From positions 172,360,001 to 172,424,000 of the forward strand of contig OZ038378.1 of the NCBI GenBank assembly GCA_964036045.1: 64,000 bases of DNA. Direction: 5' to 3'. Positions 10,236 through 19,856 of this stretch are shown in pieces. Source of the DNA: Eutreptiella sp. 'Long Island Sound 2002'. Lineage: Eukaryota; Protista; Euglenida. The notes under the pieces are model-generated. The model did not search any database. It was not told where the DNA came from and worked only from the letters and a program-made list of their open reading frames with translations. Both the position numbers and the translations under genes were made by a program. The first letter of the stretch is position 1; each line of letters begins with the position of its first letter.

Positions 10236-13200
10236 CAAACACGCTAGTGAGGCCCACAACGAACTGAGTTGTCCCCTGTCACCCCACTTTAACGAGGGGT
10301 GGAGCCGCGCTAGAGCAGCTCCTGTGACTCCCATGGGTCGGGATGCACCCAAGGACAGCACTGCGAGGTAGAGTCGGGGTCGAGGTGCACCTCTGATCAC
10401 AGCAGGAGTAGCTGGAGAAACAGGGTCATCCTTCTCCGGTGACATTATGAAGCAGTGGTTGTGTGGCCCTGTCCTCACCCCCAGTCCCTACCTGCTCTCG
10501 CACAGCGGCCTAAGGGAGTGCTGTGGATACTCACAGCCATTTTGAAACATGAAGCTTCCTACTCAAAGTTACAAACCAGGAACCCGCCGACGCCAAGCAT
10601 TGGCAGGGCATAGACACGGGTGGGGTCCACAGTGCCCACCAGGGGACACCTGGGCACTGCAGGGTGAGGGGTGTGATGGGCCCATGTATTATGAGGATGT
10701 GGCCTACCCTTGCAAAATTTCCCACACGGTTTTGAACCATTTTTCTGGCGGCGGGTCCGGTCTGTTTGGCGCGCTATTTATGCCTGCAAGTGAGATTTTG
10801 GTCGCCGTTGAGAGACACTGCTGTACATGCTTTTGGCATGCAGCCTCCTAGCGTGTAGCTGCGTGGGCACCAGGTTCAATCCTTGGACACCGAGGTCCAG
10901 CAGTACACTCGAAACCTCGTTGCTGGCTGGATTGTCTTCGGCCACACAAAGCGCTCTAAAAGTTTGGTGGGAAACGAAGGATATGTGCTCCAACCCCCAC
11001 GGCCCCCATGTGGTGCAGCAATGTAGCACACGAGGTCCACACCCCACTGTCCCTTGGCATTGTGGGGGTGTAATGCAGGTTCCCACTTCCCACTGCCCCC
11101 CGGGTAGTGCGGCAATATGCTGCACGACTTCCAGTTCCCAGTGCCTTGGTCCAACTAAAAGCAGCATTTTCAAGTTCAGTCAAACATGTGTAAGAGTGCT
11201 ATTGCAACAAGCCGAGGTGCTGGACCGAAAAGTACAGAAAATGCTTGCCATGCACACAAGGCAGAACGATTGTGCCTGACATTATCTGTTTGAATCGCTG
11301 TAAAATCGGTTGGAACTTGCATTTGCCTTTGGGAACAACCCCAAGAGCTGGGCGCTTTTCTCAAGTCCGCCAGCACGAGTGGGTGTACATACAGGCTTCC
11401 CTGCCCAGTATGCCGCAACCCTCTACCCATGCCTCCACTGCATGTACTCTCCCACACGGGATGCAACAAGGGGGGCTGTGTGATGAATAGCGACAAGGCC
11501 GCGAAATGGGGGAGGTGGGACACATTTCAATGGTACCTCACAGCCCAACCGCCCAATCCAGTATCGGGCTATCGAGTGAGCCTTTGAATGGTGGGTCCTA
11601 TTGTGTGATGATTGTAGGTCATACGGGTAGGTAGGTATTAAGAACCCTATCCCATGTACGCCAGCTATTCAGAAAAGTTTATGGGTTGCACAAAGTACAC
11701 ACGTGATAGAAGGAACGTCACGTAATTCCACTTACCAGAATCAGGGTTTTTCTTAACCATTGGGGGGGGGGGGGCGGGGGGTGATTTGACCCAGATTGTT
11801 GGCAAACCCCCAGACCCACAAATGTCCCACCCCCACGGGGGGGGGGGGGGGGGGCTATTGGATGCCCACCCACCCACCCACCACAGGTTATCCAGCCAAC
11901 TACCACAGGCAAAATGCCCTGACCAGCGCCTTCGGTGCTGACCCAAAGTCCCCCACAATGGCCTACCCTACATGGGGAGGAGGGAGGGCGGTTGGAAACC
12001 CACGCACCGAGAAATTCTGGCAACCCCCCCCTCCCTGTTCGGGTAGGACACACCAAGAAGAACCACCAGATCTTGTTACCTGAAAAACCTCCTACCGTTT
12101 TGTCATCTACCGGTGCTTCTTCATGCCATGTAGCGGTTTTCAGCTCTAGACAACCAAAAGGCTGGATCAATAATACGGCGACACCCAGTGGACACATGGC
12201 TCGACAGGCGCTATGGTGGGTCTTGTTTTCCTTTTAGGGGCTGTCCACAGCTTTCAAGTCACACCTCTCCTCAGACACGGACAGGCATGTGTGATGTCAT
12301 GCAATGCAATGTCACGTGACATAATGTAATGGACGTGCTGCCGCTGAAGCGTAGGTCTACCCCCCCCCTCCCGCTTCCCAGACCCCCAAACCTATTCCCA
12401 AGGGGAGCAGCAGGATTTCCCCCCAAACAAAGAATTTTCAAACATTTTCGAATGCATCTGGACAATTTTTGAAAAGTTACCCCCATTCCTGTGCAGTGTG
12501 CAGTCAAAGGGTTCAGAGATGGGAAATACAATTAGGCCAAAAACAGCAGCCAGAGAAACAGACCGCCCTTCCGGCTCGCCACCGTGGGTGTGAACCAGCC
12601 CCCCTGCCCCGCATCCCCCTCGGGTGGGTGGGTTGCCGCCCTAGGCCATCTCTCTGGGGACCGCTGTGCTTCTGGGCGCATCCTGCATCCATGGCATTGT
12701 CGTTGGCAGATAAATTCCGATGGAACACAGCGCAGCACAGTGTGAAGATGCGGGCAGTGGCGTGCATCATGGGGTTTGTTGGGCTTGTGGGCATCAAACT
12801 GGCTTCGCCCTGGTTGTCGCCCACGAACGCCTGTCGAGAGGCGTTGGTACGTGACGTCTGCGACTGTTTGTCAGCCGGAGTCCTCTATTTCCTGTACGCC
12901 GTGTGGATTGTGGCCGTGCGTTGGGGCATTCAGTCGTGCAGCAGCAGCTTCAAATGCCTTGATTAAGGCGACAGTGCCCTCTAGCGCAGTCGCCCAGAGA
13001 CAGTCTGCTGTCCGTCCATCTTCTCTGCCAAGCTATTATTAGCGACGGTGGCATCCGCTCTACCCCAGCTGCTGCTGCTGAGGCAAGCCAGGCAAAAGGG
13101 AATCGCACGCTGCGATGGTGGGTCTCCTTGCAAGTGAGCCACCTGGGGAGCACATGACGTGGTGCGTGGGCGCAGAGCAACTGGGGGCAATCTGGCAGGA

Positions 13201-14785
13201 GTGTCTATTTCGCGGAAACTCGGTTTGCCAAATTGGCCGCCAAATGAAGCGCTTTTTTCAGGGCAAGGACACCCCCATTTTCCGGCATTGGCAAGTGCTG
13301 CTGCAGTTGTTGGCAGTTCCCTTTGGGTGGAGATTTGATCGTTGTCGAGCTTGGAAGGTTCATTCACGGGAAAATAACACCACTGATTTCGACACTGTTT
13401 CCTCGTCGGGCCGGCTGTGCATGCCCCCTGTCAAGTTCAGACACCCGTCAGGACCCGAGACCAACTTGACCCTCATCGCAGAGGGGATGGCAAAAGGGCT
13501 GCGGCGAGCCCGGGAGCCATGAACAGGAGCACAACTGAAAGTCCCAGAGGAGGCGGTCGCTATCAGAGCAAGAGATGCAATGGGAAGGGGGTGAGGAGAG
13601 ACCATGGGGTGTCCCCAGCCACAGTGTATCACAACTGGTGGTGAATGATGCTACGCCCAAGTTTGTTGTGTTTCTCCTTCTTAACACCACGATGTCTTGC
13701 GGGCGCCAGCCATTGCAGCCCCAACGCGACTAGATACTTGCTGCAGCCCTGCACCATGTTCCATGTGTTGTCCCCCACTGGCAGCATCATCCACTGGGTA
13801 CCTCGGGGCCCCTCTCCTTCCCCTACATCCTCCACCGTTGAAACAAGCAGATTTGATGTCGGGGACAGGGGGCGCAGCCCAACTGGGGGCCCCACCCACG
13901 GCCATTGCTTCAGAGTATCTTTGCCTTTGCCGCATTGTCCCCATGTCTTGTTGCGGTGGTGGCTGAAAAGCCGGGCGCGCAATTACAACGGTTTTGGTAG
14001 GGTGTGGCGACGTACGCACAAGTGGTTGGGAGGTTGCAGTCGTATGCCCAAACACTGGCTCAAACAACGAAGGACGACATTCCATGCACAGCGGCTTGTT
14101 GGCAGCAGTTCATGAGGTTCAAACACTCTACATCACCCGTGCAGTGTTGATATGGACACCCCGGGCACATGGCCCACGCCTCCCCATCGTGCAGACACTA
14201 CACTGTCCACAACTGTGGACCCCCAAATCCAGCGTCCCGGGTACCAGTGGCAGACCCCATTTTAACATTTTGCTGTGAGTGCACATTGCAACACGCGTTG
14301 TTTGAACAGCGCGTGGTTCAGGACGAAAACGTCTCCGCTGTTGCATGGCAATTGTGGCGTTACACACAATTGGCAACACTGCCCAAACAATAACCGTTTG
14401 GGTTCAAGTAACGGCTTACAATAACCCCCGCTCTCCCAGCACGGCATTGAACTCAGGACAAAACATGCTGGTTCCCATGGGGAACGAATGCCCCTGTGCA
14501 ATTTGGGACCCAAAGGCAGGGATGAGCGCGCCCACGAGGCGTTGCCGAGTGGGAATAGCTGCTCTGGCGCCACACGCGTGTTGAGTGATGGACATTGCTT
14601 TGTGTGCTGTTGCTTGGATGAAGTTTGTGCCCCTGGATCCGACACGGCCTTTTCCCCCAGCTTCGTCTGCTCATCAGGTTTGCGTTTGCTGTGCCGTGCT
14701 CATATGTGCTGTGCATCGACGCAGTGGTATCAAGTGCAAAGCGCGTTTGGTCCCTGTTTTTGTTTGGAAACGTGTAGGACAACAA

Positions 14786-14857
14786 GTGGTCATAGTTCAG
14801 TGGTGGAACGTCTGCTCAACACGCAGAAGGTCGTAGGTTCGATCCCTGCTGACCATA
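14786..14857 (+). tRNA. tRNA-Val(AAC)-like gene or pseudogene
   Basis: Folds fully: acceptor GTGGTCA/TGACCAT, D-stem GTTC/GAAC, anticodon stem TCTGC/GCAGA with loop TCAACAC, T-stem GTAGG/CCTGC with loop TTCGATC. Position 33 is C rather than U, and there is no oligo-T terminator immediately downstream. Confidence 0.65.
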
Positions 14858-17658
14858 CTGTATTGTTCGCACACACTTGGCAGCTGTTGAATGCTTGCCT
14901 CCACTCCAAACTCTGCATGGGCACTCGTTCTCCGTTCCGTTACGCGAGGTTCTACGAGGTGCTTTGTGCCTCGTAGCACCGCCTGCAGAGAAATCTGGAC
15001 TGGCCCTGGACGCTGGGGCGCACGGATTCCATAGGTGGTCGCAGCCGAATGTCAGCTTGCCAAGGTGTGGGTGTGTGCCGCGGTATGACAGCAGTGGGTT
15101 GCGCCCGGCGACAGTCCGCCGAGGATTTCACCCTCCCGTTTGTGCCGAAATCAGCCACTTCATTGCTCTTTTGCTCTGTTCTGCTCTGCTTTTGCAAGTT
15201 TAAATCTGCTGGTTTGTATGAGCGCTGGTCCCTGCAGTTTGTCTGTACAACGGTTCTGTGACCTTCATCTTCAATCCGCGATATGTCCACTTTTTTTGCG
15301 GGTTTTGCGATTTTGGTTCTGTGGGGCATCCAACTGGGACAGTGGTGTTTTAGAATAAATGTTCTTTGGGAGCAGCCCAGCAGCCAATAGAGTCAGAAAA
15401 TCACTCATCAGTCATTGTACGGTCAGCCCTGCTACGGCCACACAATACAAGGCTAATCTGTGTCTGAAACACGGTGTTTTTGCAGTAACAATACTCTCCA
15501 CACATAGCACGGAGCTCATAGGGTCTGTTATTCGCTTCCCCACCGCCCTTGTGATGGGCACACGATTCACCCCATTGCCTTCCTCTCCTTGTGCCTGTGG
15601 CACATGAAGGCACTCATGGTGAAGCCCCTCGCAATCTTGCTACCACCCAGCGTTGTGTTTACCAAATGGTTACCCACGGTTTTAATCCGTGATCGGGGAT
15701 CTGTGATGTGGCAGCGTGAATGCTGTACATCTGGCGTGCTTAATGAGGGCCATGGAAGTGGAAGTGGGCGAGTGAGACTCAGCCGCTGCTGTTGCCTCTT
15801 AATTGGTTCATACATAGCTCAACAGCAAGTCCCCCCCCCCCCCCACCCGTTGGTCCCGCGTCCAGTTCTGTGTTGTATGTGTGGGGTCAATGTGTTGATT
15901 CCCAGCCTGGCTTCATGTTCCACGGTGGATCTATCTGTTGATGCTGTGTAGGACCATGCGCAACGGAACCACATGCGAGCCCCTGACTGCACAACACGCT
16001 ATGAAGGGCCTTGTGCTCCAAGTTGCAGGTGCAGGCCGGCAGTTTTGTCCTCACAGGCACGGTTGACTGCTGGGTTTGTGGATTCAAGGAAACTGTGTAG
16101 CATGCGTTGTCTGATTATAAGTACCATGTGGTAGCCTTTGATATGTTACATATTTTGTGGGGGGTAACGTGGATGTTGGGGTCTGTTAATGACCCAGTAG
16201 ACCAGTAGATAGCAGACCAGTTTGATATTTCGTCCAATTTGGTGAAGGCGTTTTTCAAGTGCTTGTCTGCCCTAACTGGTGGTGGGGAAACCAAAGCTTC
16301 CGCGGGTGGCTGGATTCTTTGAGGCCAGCGATACAAAACACCTTGGCCCTCCCGAGGGGCCTGTTCCAACCACCATGAAAAACATGGGTTGTGACATCTA
16401 TGGGTGCGGAACTGAACGTTTTTTTGTGGAGCATGACTATACACATCACATCTCGGACGGCCCACAGCCCCAGCTCCCTACCGGGGTGGTGGTGGAGGGG
16501 GATGGTGATCGACCAGGGGTGAGCAGGATATCACCATGGAGCGTGCAGGGCAGTTGACTCACAAGCGGGAACATACACCTGGGCCGAGATAAATCTTGCT
16601 TTGGTTGGGGCTCATGGAAATGGGCACCCCCATAGACTCAGACTAGTGTGGCCAGGAGGGGGTATCGTCTGAGTCGGATGTCTTGGGCACGGTAACACAC
16701 AGGGGACCTGGGTGATGGGGATGCTGACTCAGAGGGGCAGCAGTCTGATCTGGAGTACAAACTAGATGTGAGGGACACCAAGCTCCACAAGAGAGCTAGG
16801 ACGAACAGTATGCACGCAAGCTAATGTGGTGACGATCATGGGGTGTTTTGGGGGTACAGGGGATCCAGCCAGCGGTTCGGTAAGTTTGGGCACTAACATG
16901 GTGTGCAGCGGCCCACTCCGGCGGTAGCTCACTTAATGGGCGCGGCAGTCAAGGGTTCTATTCCGTACCGGGTGTTGTTGTGTTGGGTGGGTTTGTTTAT
17001 GTGGTTGATGAAAAACTACGAGTCATTGCTGATCTTCCCGTGCCTTCAAGCTAACAAATCCCCCATTTCGGTTTGCTTTGGTACTTGCTTGGGTGTGAGG
17101 GCCTCGGGGACATAAGGGTATGGCTGGTGTGGGGGGCAGCTCGCTGACGAGAGTTGACCTTCCCACAGCCAACCCCAGCCAACACTCCTGAAATCTTGCC
17201 CAGCCCGTCATAAACGGTGGCCCCACAAAAGCGGAGATCAAGGGGCAAGCCCTAGTCTCTACCATTATCATCCAATGAAGCAACATTCTGGCTGGGAGAC
17301 ATTCAAGGAACATTTTGACTGGACTCGAGTGATTGGTGAATTGAATCATGGCCCGAATTCGAGCCTTCATGGCACACACACACACACCTTGAACGGCATG
17401 ATGTTTGTTTTGCATTGTTTTTTGCATTATCTTTGAGCCTGGTATGAAAGTGTCAAGGGGTTAACACTCCCACAACCATTGCCCTTCATTTGCTGCTAGA
17501 TTAATGGAGGGAGTGTTAGTCCTCAGGGCGTGCGCAAGGCAACTTTTTGGGCTACTTCTGATTCCTACCCCTATTTTCGGGGGTGGATTCTACCTCTCGG
17601 GTGGGTGAGTGGGTGGGTGGGTGGGTGGGATGGAGCGATTTGGGATGATCTCCCCTCA

Positions 17659-17790
17659 TGGACTTGCCCCTTACCAGTTGGGGATGTGGACCTGCCCCTT
17701 TCTGACCGGCCCCTTTCCAGTTGGGATTATGGACTGGCCCCTTTCCGGTTGGGGATATGGACTGGCCCCTTTCCAATTGGGGACATGGAC
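17659..17790. repeat. ~26-bp tandem repeat (atggactggcccctttccagttgggg)
   Basis: Four to five degenerate copies abutting the transposase relic. Confidence 0.75.
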
Positions 17791-18900
17791 TAGGATTTGG
17801 TATGTGGACCTTTGGAATCCAAAATACGCGGGTCACATTTTCAAGGTCACCGTAGGCGTTGATATGTTGGGCAATATTGTATGGATTTGTCTTTTGGCTC
17901 CTCGCACCTCCGCCGATATATTGATATGGGATGGTTATGGACCTTCCTGTACACGAGGAGATTTCTTTGGGTTTGAGGTTGGTAGCCATGATGGAGCCTA
18001 CAAGGGCTGTGTGCATGTCATTGTGCCGTTCATTGGGCTGAAGAATGACAACCTTTCGGCATGGCAAACATCTACTGATGTGCATGGATGGTAGAGGGCC
18101 CGAATTGAGCAACTGTTTGCTCATTTGTGGCATTGGGGTTTATTTCAGAACATTTGGTCTCTTGGTCCCAACGAGTTGCATCAATCAGTGTGCATTTTGT
18201 TACACTTTACCCAGTTTTGCATCCAGAGGTAGGTGTGTTACCCTCCCTGTGGACTTTCCCCCTCATGTTTGGAAGAGCACGGAAGCAACCGTTGAGGATG
18301 CCACACAAGATGATGTCGGGGATGATGAGGTTGATATATGTGCATTGTGCTGTCAGAAGCACACTACGGCAATATGCGGTGAATGTGATTTGAATTATTG
18401 TGCGAAATGTATTGACCCGTACACCTGTGGGGAGAAGACTGTTTATCGAATAGTCTTGCTTGTTCAATTTGAGTGAACAAATTTGGTGGAACAAAGTTGT
18501 GAAGGTGACTTAGGTATGCTTTTCCTATTCAATGTTGTGCAGGGATGGTTTGTCGCTTCATTTGGTGGGCAAGAGGCATCTGTTGGTCTACTTGGGGGCT
18601 TTATTGGGTAGCGGTGAACTTGGGGACTGAATCTGGGAAAGTCATGATAAAAGTTGCACGCAGGGCGCGTGCAGGGCAAACAGTCCCCCGTGGCAGTTGT
18701 AGTGGGAGGAAATAGGCATGCTGCTCTTTCTGTGTGTGACAACCATTTTCCATGGTTTGCCTAGAAAAGGATTTGCTGTAAACTCACCACAAAGAAAAGG
18801 CTGGTAGGTAAGAGACCGGAGCGCTTGGGGTGCAAACAATGTTCCCCAGATGGACAAGCGCAGAACCACGATTACGTAGTAGGCTGAACCTTTCTGCCTT
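17790..18900 (+). mobile_element. DDE_Tnp_4 (PIF/Harbinger/ISL2EU-like) transposon relic, copy 1
   Basis: PKYAGHIFKVTVGVDMLGNIVWICLLAPRTSADILIW...HDGAYKG...RARIEQLFAHLW with stops or frameshifts, followed by a Cys-rich segment CALCCQKHTTAICGECDLNYCAKC. Homologous to 48160-49130. Confidence 0.65.
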
Positions 18901-19832
18901 CCATGCTCTTTGTTGCCACCGACGGGATGCTCTCGTGCACATTGCACACAACAGCCTCCACTGCACACTACTCTGCTGTGGCCAACATGAAGCATACAAT
19001 GCTGAAAACAGTACCCTCTGCAGTACAGCAGCGCTTTCTCTGCCCCCCCCCCCCCCTTTTTATGTTGGAAATGGTCAGGAGGGTACCCAGGTTGGTCCAA
19101 AGTGCATTTTTAAGTTTGCTCTTGCAGAAAACGATGCACAGGCTGATCTTGTGGGTGGGATTAAAAGCCCAGTGGTTGCTGCCGTGTGATTGTCAGGGGC
19201 CCTACAAGGGTGTTGCACGCACTGTGTGTGCACCGTGCAAGGTTTTCGTCTGTCCGTTGATATGGGCGCTACATTTTGCCACATTCTAGGCTCAAAGGTA
19301 CATTGTTGTGGTAAGGCGTGTGTGATGGGGTGCCTGCAACTGCATATTAAACTCCTACCACCTATTTATGCATGTTGTTGTGACCCTCATGGTCATTTTT
19401 ATTGTCCCTCAGCTCAGAGTTACTATGTCTTTGTCCTGGGCCACCCGTGCTATGTTTTCTACATGTTTCTGCATGTTTTGTACCATTGTATGAGTATGGG
19501 TGAGCTGCTTCCAGCCATTGTGTTGGGCTCTTCACCACAGCCCAGGGACTTTTTGCAGGTATCACTGTGCACGAAGTGCAACCCCCTGACCTGTCCATGG
19601 AAAGTAGCGCATCAAAGAACCACGGCAAGTGACAAAAATGTTACAACCTCTTCGCCCTTGCATGTGGTGTGTTAAGTGGTGGGTGGTTTGGGGGTTGGTT
19701 CCGGAACGGACACCCTGATGACGCTGTGCACGCTCTGTGTGGCAGCGCCCCCGAATTGACGTGCATGTGCGCGCACCACCCTTTGCACGAATGGTATGGG
19801 TGTTGGGTGATTTCGCAATGTGTGTGTTTGCC

Positions 19833-19851
19833 AGTGTCTATTTTTTTCTCG
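19833..19851 (+). other. Relict spliced-leader (SL) sequence and probable trans-splice acceptor upstream of aspS
   Basis: AGTGTCTATTTTTTTCTCG versus the 3' end of the Euglena gracilis SL (ACTTTCTGAGTGTCTATTTTTTTTCG, from memory): one inserted C. It ends 5 nt before ATG 19857. Confidence 0.8.
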
Positions 19852-19856
19852 GCCAC

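Noticed and set aside
19737-19856. Upstream in-frame extension of the aspS ORF
   Set aside because: It starts at a non-ATG codon and reads through the SL relic and acceptor; ATG 19857 gives a proper leader.
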